From contig NIVC01004684.1 in NCBI GenBank assembly GCA_002269645.1, positions 1-38,168 on the forward strand: a stretch of 38,168 bases of DNA, written 5' to 3'. The notes under the pieces are model-generated. The model was not told the origin of the DNA and did not search any database. It worked only from the letters and a program-made list of their open reading frames with translations. The position numbers and the translations under genes were made by a program. The DNA is from Macrostomum lignano. Lineage: Eukaryota. The number at the start of each line of letters is the position of its first letter. The stretch's first letter is position 1. Below are positions 22,238-38,168 of the stretch, piece by piece.

Positions 22238-23600
22238 GCTAGCCAATGGAAAATTCCCAAGGCCAAAATAGGCAGCAATAAAAAATTTCCAAGGTTAAGG
22301 TAGGCAGCCAATGAAAAATTCCTAAGGTAGAAGTAGGCAGCCGTTGAAAAATTCCCAAGGTCGAAGTAGGCAGCCGATGGAAAATCCCCAAGGTCGAAGT
22401 AGGCAGCCGATGGAAAATCTCCAGGATCGAAGTAGGCAGCCAATGAAAAATTCCTAAGGTCGAAGTAGGCAGCCAATGAAAAATCCCCAGGGTCGAAGTA
22501 GGCATCCGATGAAAAATCTCCAGGATCGAAGTAGGCAGCCAATGAAAAATTCCTAAGGTAGAAGTAGGCAGCCGATGAAAAATTCCCAAGGTCGAAGTAG
22601 GCAGCCGATGGAAAATCCCCAAGGTCGAAGTAGGCAGCCGATGGAAAATCTCCAGGATCGAAGTAGGCAGCCAATGAAAAATTCCTAAGGTCGAAGTAGG
22701 CAGCCAATGAAAAATCCCCAGGGTCGAAGTAGGCATCCGATGAAAAATCTCCAGGATCGAAGTAGGCAGCCAATGAAAAATTCCTAAGGTAGAAGTAGGC
22801 AGCCGATGAAAAATTCCCAAGGTCGAAGTAGGCAGCCGATGGAAAATCCCCAAGGTCGAAGTAGGCAGCCGATGGAAAATCTCCAGGATCGAAGTAGGCA
22901 GCCAATGAAAAATTCCTAAGGTCGAAGTAGGCAGCCAATGAAAAATCCCCAGGGTCGAAGTAGGCATCCGATGAAAAATCTCCAGGATCGAAGTAGGCAG
23001 CCAATGAAAAATTCCTAAGGTAGAAGTAGGCAGCCGATGAAAAATTCCCAAGGTCGAAGTAGGCAGCCGATGGAAAATCCCCAAGGTCGAAGTAGGCAGC
23101 CGATGGAAAATCTCCAGGATCGAAGTAGGCAGCCAATGAAAAATTCCTAAGGTCGAAGTAGGCAGCCAATGAAAAATCCCCAGGGTCGAAGTAGGCATCC
23201 GATGAAAAATCTCCGAGATCGAAGTAGGCAGCCAATGGAAATTTCCCAAGGTCGAAGTAGGCAGCCAATGGAAAATCCCCAAGGTCGAATTAGGCAGCCG
23301 ATGGAAAATTCCCAAGGTTATGGTAGGCAGCCAATAGAAAATCCCCAAGGTCGAAGTAGGCAGCCGATGGAAAATCCCAAGGTCATGGTAGGCAGCCAAT
23401 GGAAATTTCCTAAGGTCGAAGTAGGCAGCCAATGGAAAATCCCCAAGGTCGAATTAGGCAGCCGATGGAAAATTCCCAAGGTTATGGTAGGCAGCCAATA
23501 GAAAATCCCCAAGGTCGAAGTAGGCAGCCGATGGAAAATTCCCAAGGCCGAAGTAGACAGCCAATGGAAAATTCCCAAGGCTCAAGTAGGCAGCAAAGAT
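22238..23600. repeat. 33-bp minisatellite with a 231-bp (7x33) higher-order period
   Basis: Unit ~GGTCGAAGTAGGCAGCCAATGAAAAATTCCCAA. The variant GCATCCGATG (DAYF in the ORF track) recurs every 7 units, 4 times. Confidence 0.95.
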
Positions 23601-24174
23601 GTAATTTTCCAACGATAAAAATATCGTTAGCTTTTACCTGTTATAATTACTCAGCACAGATAGTTAATACACACTCACATGGCTGGTAAATGTTTATCAT
23701 ATCTTATCATTGCAATTGTCATATTTTTGTATTGGTCTATTATGCAATTATTAATCTAATTTGAGCTTATTCAATTTAGAAAACTCAATAGCCAATTTTT
23801 CAACTTTCATTCCGGCTTCCGTTATTACTCTATATTTTCGAGATTTTAATTTTAATTTTTCCTACCTGTATTTAGTATTTATATAAGTATCAATATCCGA
23901 ATTAACTAGGTTGCATTTTATGAACAGCTAATTTTTATCAAAGCCGATTACCCAAAACTGCAGTTCATTTCATTCTTCATCTTTCTCTCATTGTTGTTTT
24001 TTTCTTCAAAAAATACTCTTTCCCCACAAGCTGCTTTTGTCACCATTTTTTTGCTCTGTTTTTAATATATTTTGTTCAAATTGTACTTTGTTTCTTTTGT
24101 TTCAGACTTGTTTTAATTTTACTGATCAGTTTCTGTATTGGCATCCTGTCTTCGCTAAGTCTCACACTTATTAA

Positions 24175-24718
24175 TCTGTCTCATGTGTCTGTCTGCCTGT
24201 CTCACCTGTCTGTCTGACTGTCTCACCTGTCTGTCTGACTGTCTCACCTGTCTGACTGTCTGACTGTCTCACCTGTCTGTCTGACTGTCTCACCTGTCTG
24301 TCTGACTGTCTCACCTGTCTGACTGTCTCACCTGTCTGTCTGTCTGCCTGTCTCACCTGTCTGTCTGCCTGTCTCACCTGTCTGTCTGACTGTCTCACCT
24401 GTCTGTCTGACTGTCTCACCTGTCTGACTGTCTGACTGTCTCACCTGTCTGTCTGTCTGACTGTCTCACCTGTCTGTCTGACTGTCTCACCTGTCTGTCT
24501 GTCTGTCTCACCTGTCTGTCTGTCTGTCTGACTGTCTCACCTGTCTGTCTGACTGTCTCACCTGTCTGTCTGACTGTCTCACCTGTCCCTGTCTGTCTGA
24601 CTCTCACCTCTATCTGACTCTCACCTGTCTGTCTGACTCTCACCTCTGTCTGACTCTCACCTCTGTCTGACTCTCACCTCTATCTGACTCTCACCTGTCT
24701 GTCTGACTCTCACCTGTC
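24175..24718. repeat. TGTC/CTCACC compound micro/minisatellite
   Basis: Repeated CTGTCTCACCTGTCTGTCTGA units upstream of the WIPI2 start. Confidence 0.92.
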
Positions 24719-24803
24719 TTTTTCATAATGGCTATTTTCGGTCCTAGTTATAGCAGTACAAAAGTCTGCCAATTTAATACTCAATAGACATTTACTCTCA
24801 TTC

Positions 24804-27772
24804 ATGGAGGGCCCTCGCGTACTCAGCGTGAGCTTCAACCAGGACTTCACCTCTTTAGCGGTGGGCCTGAGCTGCGGCTACCGACTCTACAGCCTGTCGC
24901 AGAATGCCGATCGCCTCGAAGAAGTGTTCCGTCACGACGGAGACGAAGTCTGCATAATCGAGCGACACTATTCGAGCTCATTAGTTGCCATGGTAACCCA
25001 GGCGGCGCCTAGGAAACTAAGAGTCTGCCATTTCAAAAAGGGCACAGAGATTTGCAGTTGCAGCTATTCTAACAGTATCCTGGCTGTTAGATTGAACCGT
25101 CAGCGGCTTGTCGTGTGCCTGGAGGACTCGCTGTACATTCACAACCTGCAGGATATGAAGGTGCTGCACACTATTCGGGAGACTCCGCCTAATAGGCTCG
25201 GCTTGTGCGCCTTGGGCTCAGCGAATGACAGCTCGCTTTTGGCTTATCCTGGTAGCGCTCAACTCGGCGAAGTAATTAACTGTTCTCCGCTTGTAATGAT
25301 TTACGATTCACCGAGATTCACTAATCCCGGTTTGGAATCACTAATTCTCATCTAGATTCACTAATCCTTATCTGGATTCACTAATCCTTATCTGGATTCA
25401 CTAATCCTCATCTGGATTAATCCTCATCTGGATTCACTAATCCTCATCTGGATTCCCTGATCATCAACTAGCTGGATTCACTAATCCACATCTGAGATTC
25501 ACTATTCCTCATCTAGATTCCATAATCCTCACCTTGATTCACTAATCCTCACCTTGATTCACTAATCCTCACCTTGATTCACTAATCCTCACCTGGATTC
25601 ACTAATTCTTATCTGGACTCATAAATCCTCACCTGGATTCACTAATTCTTATCTGGACTAATTAATCATCATATTTATTCACTAATATTCATCTGGATTC
25701 ACTAATCCTCATCTGGATTCACTAATCCTCATCTGGATTCACTAATCCTCATCTGGATTCACTAATCCTCATCTGGATTCACTAATCCTCATCTGGATTC
25801 ACTAACCCCATTCTGGATTCACTAGTCTGTCTTATATTTAATATTTGCTTATACTCAATAAACTATATGATCCCGATTCCAGGTGCACATATTCGACACC
25901 GTGGCTCTGAAGCCGCTCTGCGTAGTGGCCGCCCACGACAGCCCACTGGCTGCCATCAGCTTCAACGCTCAGGCCAACAAGCTGGCCACAGCCTCGGAGA
26001 AGGGCACCGTTATTCGCATATTCTCTGTGCCCGAGGGCCAGCGTCTGTTGGAGTTTCGACGCGGCGTTAAACGTTGCGTCACCGTCTATTCTTTAGCGTT
26101 CAGCCGGGACAGCCGGCTGTTGGCCTGCAGCTCCAATACAGAGACGCTGCACGTGTTCTGCCTGCAGCCTACCACCGGGCAGGTTGCGGCTGCTGCGCCT
26201 GGACACGCTGGGAGGTTGGTTGCTAGGGTGTTGTCCATGGTTGCTAGAGTGTTGTCCATGGTTGCTAGGGTGTTGTCCATGGTTGTTAGGGTGTTGTCAA
26301 TGGTTGCTAGGGTGTTGTCCATGGTTGCTAGAGTGTTGTCCATGGTTGTTAGGGTGTTGTCCATGGTTGTTAGGGTGTTGTCAATGGTTGCTATGGTGTT
26401 GTCCATGGTTGCTAGAGTGTTGTTCATGGTTGCTAGAGTGTTGTCCACGGTTGCTAGAGTGTTGTCCATAGTTGCAAACTGATTTTCGATGGTTCCTAAT
26501 GATTTTAGATGGTTGCTAGGGTGTTGTCCATGGTTGCTAGAACATTTTCATGGTTGCAAACTGATTTTCGATGGTTTCTAATGATTTTAGATGGTTGCTA
26601 GGGTGTTGTCCATGGTTGCTAGAGCATTTTCATGGTTGCAAACTGATTTTCGATGGTTTCTAATGATTTTAGATGGTTGCTAGGGCATTGTCAGTGGTTG
26701 CTAGGGTGTTGTCCATGGTAGCTAGGGGATTTTTAATGGTTGCAAAAGGATTCTCGATGGTTTCTAAAGATTTTAGATGGTTGCTAGGGCATTGTCAGTG
26801 GTTTCTATGGCATTTTAAATGGTTGTTATAACATGTTCGGTGGTTTCTCAGGGATTTTCGATGTTTGCCAACCTTCATCATCGTCAATCAATAGTTGCTA
26901 AAGGTTATTTGATGGTTGATAGGACATTGTCAATGGTTGTTATGGGATTTTTTATGGTTGCTAAAGGATTTTCGATGGTTTCTAGGGATTTTTTTATGGT
27001 TTTTAGGGCATTTTCAATGGTTGCTAAAGAATTTTCGATGGTTGCTATGGCATTAGATGGTTGCTTAGGCATTGGTTGGTTAGGCATTGTCAATGGTTGC
27101 TAGCCGATAGATCAGAAGCGGCACTAACATAGCAAAGTGCATCTGCTCAATCATCTCAGCGGCGGCAGTAGCGGGTCGGCAGCAGTAGCGGCGGCCCCGG
27201 CCGAGGACTCGTGGATGGACTGGGCCTACAAAGCGTCGGCCTCGTATCTGCCGGCGGCGCTCAGCCAGGACCGCGACTTCGCCACCGCTCGACTACCAGA
27301 CGGCGGCGGTCGGACCCTCTGCTCTCTGGTCACCATCGGCAAGCACCTGCGCCTCCTCTGCGCCGGCCCAGACGCCCATCTGAGCGTCTTCAACGTCAAC
27401 GAGCACGTCGGCGGCGACTGCGGCCCCGTCGCCCGACTCGACCTGCGTGGCGAGCCGCCGATTCCTGGCAGCGCCGCTCCGGCCCCGGCAGCCGCCGCCG
27501 CCGCTGTGCCGTCTCCCGCGACGCTGCCCTCGGCGCCTTCGCCAGTGCAGCAGCAGCAGCAGCCGACATCTCCGCCGACGCCGCCGCCGTCTCTGCCGCT
27601 GCCTCAGTCGTCGGCGTCGGCATCAGCATCGTCTCCGACGCCTTCGAACGGCGGCCGTCAGCATCGCCGATCCAACGAAGCCGCAGTCGCGGAGACGACC
27701 GCCGCGGCTGGCCGGCTGAACCTGCAGGACAGTCAGGAGTTCCCGCCTCCGTGCGGCGCCTCGACCAATTGA
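24804..27772 (+). CDS. WIPI2: WIPI2/Atg18 PROPPIN (PI3P-binding beta-propeller), ~470 aa, 3 exons
   Basis: Exons 24804-25271, 25883-26214, 27160-27772 (1413 nt, in frame). Donors GTAATT and GTTGGT; CAG acceptors; branch site ACTAAC at ~27123. Motifs [86 protein letters not shown]. The exon 2 donor is the least certain boundary. Confidence 0.93.
25310..25825. repeat. 20-bp minisatellite (CTGGATTCACTAATCCTCAT)n in WIPI2 intron 1
   Basis: Visible period of 20. Confidence 0.93.
26215..27103. repeat. 21-bp minisatellite (GGTTGCTAGGGTGTTGTCCAT)n filling WIPI2 intron 2, degenerating towards the 3' end
   Basis: Visible period of 21, with an ~82-bp secondary period at 26471-26700. Confidence 0.93.
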
Positions 27773-27959
27773 AATGTCGATTTTCAGCGCCGGGTGACAA
27801 AAATCTGCAACGCACTTTCTCTGCTTTTTAATGATTGATTTCGTGTGAGGTTGGTGTCTGATTGCTGCTCTTTTGTGTTCTTTGTTGTGGGTGGATGCAT
27901 GGCTTGCCTGCATTCTCTTTTTCTCTCGCTTCTGTTTTCTCTGTTTACTTTTCGTCAAC

Positions 27960-29145
27960 CAGTCTACTCCACCCCTCTCCCAGTCTACTCCACCCCTCTC
28001 CAGTCTACTCCACCCCTCTCCCAGTCTACTCCACCCCTCTCCCAGTCTACTCCACCCCTCTCCCAGTCTACTCCACCCCTCTCCCAGTCTACTCCACCCC
28101 TCTCCCAGTCTACTCCACCCCTCTCCCAGTCTACTCCACCCCTCTCCCAGTCTACTCCACCCCTCTCCTAGTCTACTCCACCCCTCTCCCAGTCTACTCC
28201 ACCCCTCTCCCAGTCTACTCCACCCCTCTCCCAGTCTACTCCACCCCTCTCCTAGTCTACTCCACCCCTCTCCCAGTCTACTCCACCCCTCTCCCAGTCT
28301 ACTCCACCCCTCTCCCAGTCTACTCCACCCCTCTCCCAGTCTACTCCACCCCTCTCCCAGTCTACTCCACCCCTCTCCCAGTCTACTCCACCCCTCTCCC
28401 AGTCTACTCCACCCCTCTCCCAGTCTACTCCACCCCTCTCCCAGTCTACTCCACCCCTCTCCCAGTCTACTCCACCCCTCTCCCAGTCTACTCCACCCCT
28501 CTCCCAGTCTACTCCGCCCCTCTTCCAGTCTACTCCACCCCTCTCCCAGTCTACTCCACCCTCTCCCAGTCTACTCCACCCCTCTCCTAGTCTACTCCAC
28601 CCCTCTCCCAGTCTACTCCGCCCCTCTTCCAGTCTACTCCACCCCTCTCCCAGTCTACTCCACCCTCTCCCAGTCTACTCCACCCCTCTCCCAGTCTACT
28701 CCACCCCTCTCCCAGTCTACTCCACCCCTATCCTAGTCTACTCCACCCCTCTCCCAGTCTACTCCGCCCCTCTTCCAGTCTACTCCACCCCTCTCCCAGT
28801 CTACTCCACCCTCTCCCAGTCTACTCCACCCCTCTCCCAGTCTACTCCGCCCCTCTCCCAGTCTACTCCGCCCCTCCGTGTCTACTCCGCCCCTCTCCCA
28901 GTCTACTCCACCCCTCCGTGTCTACTCCGCCCCTCTTCCAGTCTACTCCGCCCCTTTCCCAGTGTACTTCACCCCTTCCCAGTCTACTCCGCCCCTCTCC
29001 CAGTCTACTCCACCCCTCCCAGTGTACTCCACCCCTCTCCTGTCTACTCTGCTTCTCTCTCGAGTCTACTCCACCCCTCCCAGTCTACTCCACCCCTCTC
29101 CCTGTCTACTCTGCTTCTCTCTCGAGTCTACTCCGCCGCTCCCTG
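27960..29145. repeat. 21-bp C-rich minisatellite (CAGTCTACTCCACCCCTCTCC)n
   Basis: About 50 units, nearly perfect in the first 600 bp. Confidence 0.97.
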
Positions 29146-29958
29146 ACTACTCTTTTTCTCTTACTGTGCGACAATGCTGGGTGCTCTATATGTCAGTGTG
29201 TTCAGTTTCTAATGCACATCCTGAGTCCATGAACGAGAATGCTACTGACTGACTGCAAGCTCTTATTTAGAATTAGTGGCATGCCATTCTCTGTGTCTAA
29301 TCTATCTATACTTGCACACGTAGAACTTTAGAGATGTACAAACAATTATTGATTTTAAGTACTTTCTATCAACACTGCTTGGAATTTAACGGTAATTATA
29401 TAAGTCGTTTATTAACAGTAAATGTTATATTAATACACACAGATTTCGATATCCAATTTTGATTTGTTAATATAAGAACAAAAAGTTACCTTCTGCTGTG
29501 CTTTATATCGACTTAGTTGTACTGCTGATAGCTGGTAAGGGATATGTTATTACCAAAACAGCGTTATTCTGATTCCAGTTACCTTTCCAGTCTAATATTA
29601 GTAATCTGTGTGTGTGTACAGTTCAAATCCTTACTCAGAAGCGTTATTGTTGTCGGCTATTTATAACTTGACTTTTAATCTTGCATACAATTAATAAGTA
29701 ATTCTGGATTTGTTTGAATTCTCAAGCATTATTATGAAAATCGATTTTTTTTAAAGTTTATCAATCACTTCTTTATAATTATGATTTGTCGTTTTGCAGT
29801 CAGGCACTTCGCTTCTTACTGATTGGCGCAATTATCTGTTGAACCACAATTAAATGATTTCGTGTACTCTGCATTGTATTTGTGTAACAGCGCGATTGTA
29901 AATTTTATTTCTAATTTATTTATTGATTGCAACTTTCTGTTTTTTTTACTTTGATGTG

Positions 29959-30126
29959 GCTGGGGTGTCAGCAAGGGTGTCAGCTGGGGTGTCAGCTGGG
30001 GTGTCAGCAAGGGTGTCAGCTGGGGTGTCAGCTGGGGTGTCAGCGGGGGTGTCAGCTGGGGTGTCAGCTGGGGTGTCAGCGGGGGTGTCAGCTGGGGTGT
30101 CAGCTGGGCTGTCAGCTGGGCTGTCA
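29959..30126. repeat. 12-bp repeat x14 starting at the sulfotransferase stop codon
   Basis: Minus strand reads TGACA(G/C)CCCAGC x14. Confidence 0.93.
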
Positions 30127-31250
30127 TTCGTATCGAAACTCCAAGCCAATGGCAGCCAGTCGCTCTTGAGCCGCCCTCTCAAACCGTTCGCTTTGCTCCT
30201 CGGTGAAGGAAGCCTTCCAGTCGCCGATAAGTCCTTTGCGCAGGAATCTGAACCCGGTGCCGAAGGTGGTGTTCACATTGTCGTTGCTGGACATCGACTC
30301 GAAGCTGCAGTTGTGCATCACGCAGGCCAGCTGTTCGGTGCTTGGCTGAATGCCCAGATGGTCAGCTATGCGGCAGATGCTGTGCTGGGGGCTGCTCACA
30401 ATGTCCTCGTACTTGAGCACCAGTACATTGGGCTTGTCGCGCTGTTGCCACCATTCTGAGGTGACCTGCAGGCAGTGTCGATAGTTATTTATGACGTCAC
30501 AGCCACAGTTATATGTACATGCTGATCCCAATCATTGGGAATCGAAATCATCTAAGCAGAAATATCTCTAAGATATCGAGTTTCAGAAGCAAAAATCTTG
30601 TCTACAAAAGCAAGTCTTGCCTTCAAAAGCAAACGTCTTGTTTACAAATGCAAACTTGTCTTCAAAAGCAAGCAATCGAATCCTTGCCTGAAAGTAGTCT
30701 CCGCACATGGTTCTGCCGTTCAGAAACATGTCTACAAATTCTGGCCAATCGCCAGGCCAAGGCCCGTACATCTCCAGGCCTTTGTAGAAATGGTACAACG
30801 AATTGCAGCAATCCTTCGGATTTCGAAGTACCGCAATAATCCGAGGATTAGCGGAGTCCAGCGCGTTGCCAATCAATGAGTAGGGGCAGTGGGTCTTGAT
30901 GAGGCGCTGCCGGTCCTGCGGCGCAGCCTCCAGCTCATCGATGCCCCACCGGACTGGGCCGGAGGTGCCCCAGCCGTAGTTAAACTCCAGGAACGGGAAT
31001 CGTTCGTCGATGGCGGCGAACTTGGCGCCCTGCTGGATGACGTCGCGGTGCACCAGCTGCCATACGATCTCCTGGGTGAGGGTGGTGCCGCAGCGGGGAA
31101 AGTGCACACGCAGATGTCGCTGGGGCGGTAGCGGAACTCGCACACGGCTCTACGAAGCACCTCCAGCGTTGTGTAGTTGTTCCACAGGATGCCGCGCCAC
31201 TCGAACTCGTCCAGTGTTGGCGTGTGCGATGAGCGTTTTGATGCAGACAT
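30124..31250 (-). CDS. Cytosolic (PAPS-dependent) sulfotransferase, SULT1-like, ~301 aa once one missing C is restored; 2 exons, GC-AG intron
   Basis: Exon 1 31250-30688, intron 30687-30466 (CAG|GCAAGG...CTGCAG|), exon 2 30465-30124. Motifs D-x-x-x-x-T-F-P-[R]-C-G-T-T (5'-PSB loop), RFPFLE, IKTH, RNPKD..SLYHF, KYED, CSFESM, RKGLIGDWK. One-base frameshift in the GGGG run at 31095-31098. Confidence 0.88.
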
Positions 31251-32011
31251 GCCCGGGTTTGTTCGGTTTGTCAGTCTGTCTCACAGCTTCTGCAGCCTTT
31301 TGTTCACAGCTAGACTGGATTGCAGTTGAGAGGCAGTTTATATACAGAATTTGGGTGCCTTACCGTACTATGCCTGCATTGTGCAGTCAGTTGCACATCT
31401 GCTGGCTAAGGGTAGAGAGTGTCTTTCAGCGGGCGTTTTATCTACAGAACAGACACCCCGCTGGTCCGCCCTGCCTGGCCTGGGAGCCACACAGCAGAAT
31501 TGATAGCCAAGAGCGTAGCTGTTTAAGGAGCGATTGAAGGTCATTCAATAGCGTTATATACATGCGCAGATAAATTGTTATTCGCATGTCCATGGATGGT
31601 AGAAAGTGACGACTCCCTCAATGTGCTGCATCAGAGATATTCTTAAAGAACGTACTTCTTACTTAGGGTGGTAGATTTTCAACGAGTAAATTTATTACTT
31701 TATAAAAACAATAGAAATCAAGGAAAACGAAGTTAATGTTTTTTTCTGCACATAAAGTGGCAATTATGGTATATAGTAAACCACTATGAAGTTGTGAAAC
31801 GCGCAATAGACTACTTAAAGCATTGGTCAGCATGTATTTCAACCAGATGGACTGTTGCAGCCATGAAATAGCGGTCACGTCAGCAGATACATGTAAAAAC
31901 GACAAGAAATGCAGTCCAGAATTTATACGATAAAAATCAGTACGCTAAGTATCAACTTGCAGAAACAAAAATATGTACAAGAAAGACTAGCAATCCCACT
32001 GAAAATACTGA

Positions 32012-32480
32012 AACCGGCTAGCCTCCCAGGCAATAGAAAGCCGGCTAACCTACCAGCTAAAATAAAGCCGGCTAACATCCCAACAATAAAAAAACGGCTA
32101 ACCTCTCAGCCAATAGAAAGCCGGCTAACATCCCAGGCAATAGAAAGCCGGCTAACCTACCAGCTAAAAGAAAGCCGGCTAACATCCCAGCCAATAGAAA
32201 GCCGGCTAACCTACCAGCTAAAAGAAAGCCGGCTAACATCCCAACAATAAAAAACGGCTAACCTCTCAGCCAATAGAAAGCCGGCTAACATGCCAGCCAA
32301 TAGCTCGTAGAAAGCTGGCTAACCTACCAGCCAATAGAAAAACGGCTAACTTCCCAGCCAATTGAAAGCCGACTAACCTCCCCGCCAATAGAAAGCCAGC
32401 TAACCTAGCCAATAGAAAGCCGGCTAACCTCCTAGCCAATAGAAAGCCAGTTAACTTAGCCAATAGAAAGCCGGCTCACC
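32012..32480. repeat. ~22-23-bp CCAAT-containing minisatellite (AGCCAATAGAAAGCCGGCTAACC..)n
   Basis: Visible degenerate tandem units between the GLG1 stop and the sulfotransferase start. Confidence 0.88.
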
Positions 32481-32536
32481 CCCGCCTTTCATTTCTGAGC
32501 TAAAAGACTCCCAGTCCAAGTTACTACAAAAATTGA

Positions 32537-37559
<5,023 letters not shown>

Positions 37560-37699
37560 CTGGCCAAGTTGGAGATGGGAGGTAACTAAACTTTGCTGAC
37601 TTTTATAAGTTTAAATGCAGTCACTCTACTTTCTGTAGTTTATAATAATACTTGTAGGTACTAAACAGCATAATAAAACCTATATCTCTCTCAATACTA

Positions 37700-38168
37700 T
37701 ATTTCCTCAATCTCAACCCGGTATCTCCTCCATATCAACCTGGTATCTCCTCTATCTCAACCTGATATCTCCTGCCATCTCAACCCGGTATCTCCTCAAT
37801 CTCAACCTGTATCTCCTCTATCTCAACCCGGTATCTCCTCAATCTTAACCTGGTATCTCCTCTATCTCAACCGGTATCTCCTCAATCTTAACCTGGTATC
37901 TCCTCTATCTCAACCGGTATCTCCTCAATCTTAGCCTGGTATCTCCTCTAATCTCAACCGTTAACTCCTCTATCTCAATCCGTCAACTCCTCTATCTCAA
38001 CTTGTATCGCCTCTATGTCAAACTGGTATCTTCTCTAAAACGTGTATTCCTCTATCTCAATGGTATCTCCTCTATCTCAACCCGTTAACTCCTCTATCTC
38101 AACCGTCAACTCCTCTATCTCAAACCTGTATCTCCTCTATCTCAAACTGGGATCTCCTTTATCTCAAA
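37700..38168. repeat. ~21-22-bp minisatellite (TATCTCCTCTATCTCAACCCGG)n, running off the window end
   Basis: Visible degenerate tandem units in the GLG1 intron upstream of exon 37559-37164. Confidence 0.9.

Noticed and set aside
22219-23689. 349- and 397-aa repeat ORFs; GGGATTTTCC kappaB-like motifs in the 33-bp units
   Set aside because: ORFs follow from a stop-free unit whose length is a multiple of 3, and they are antisense to the neighbouring genes. The kappaB match is short and has no functional support.
26184-27103. Read-through of WIPI2 exon 2 into VARVLSM repeats, and associated ORFs
   Set aside because: Intronic minisatellite. Splicing at 26214/27160 restores the conserved WIPI C-terminal region.
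27845-29252. STPPLSQ / VYSTPLP / SLLHPSP extensin-like ORFs
   Set aside because: Three-frame translations of a 21-bp repeat downstream of the WIPI2 stop.

Overview
Eukaryotic (metazoan, invertebrate-like) genomic DNA, not prokaryotic. GC-rich exons sit among AT-rich, repeat-dense introns and intergenic DNA; this architecture resembles Macrostomum-type flatworm genomes (inference only, species not established). Layout: (1) 1-8003, an ~170-bp tandem satellite (~47 monomers, open at the window start). (2) ~8.9-16.5 kb, a transposon-rich interval: a nested pair of TIR elements and three smaller TIR elements, four of these five with exact 8-bp target-site duplications. (3) Three plus-strand genes: intronless TMBIM4/GAAP, a two-exon centromeric histone H3 (CENP-A/CenH3)-like gene with a very long loop 1, and three-exon WIPI2/Atg18. 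(4) Two minus-strand genes: a cytosolic sulfotransferase (GC-AG intron, one apparent 1-nt frameshift) and GLG1 (8 exons visible, 5' end outside the window, several apparent 1-nt deletions that look like consensus errors). Nearly every intron holds its own mini- or microsatellite. Most long ORFs in the supplied track are repeat-derived or antisense shadows. The best leads are the odd CenH3 and its flanking elements, the candidate centromeric satellite, a pervasive CA>TA/TG>TA variation pattern, and inverted minisatellites bracketing a GLG1 exon. All alignments and counts were done by eye; no searches were run.
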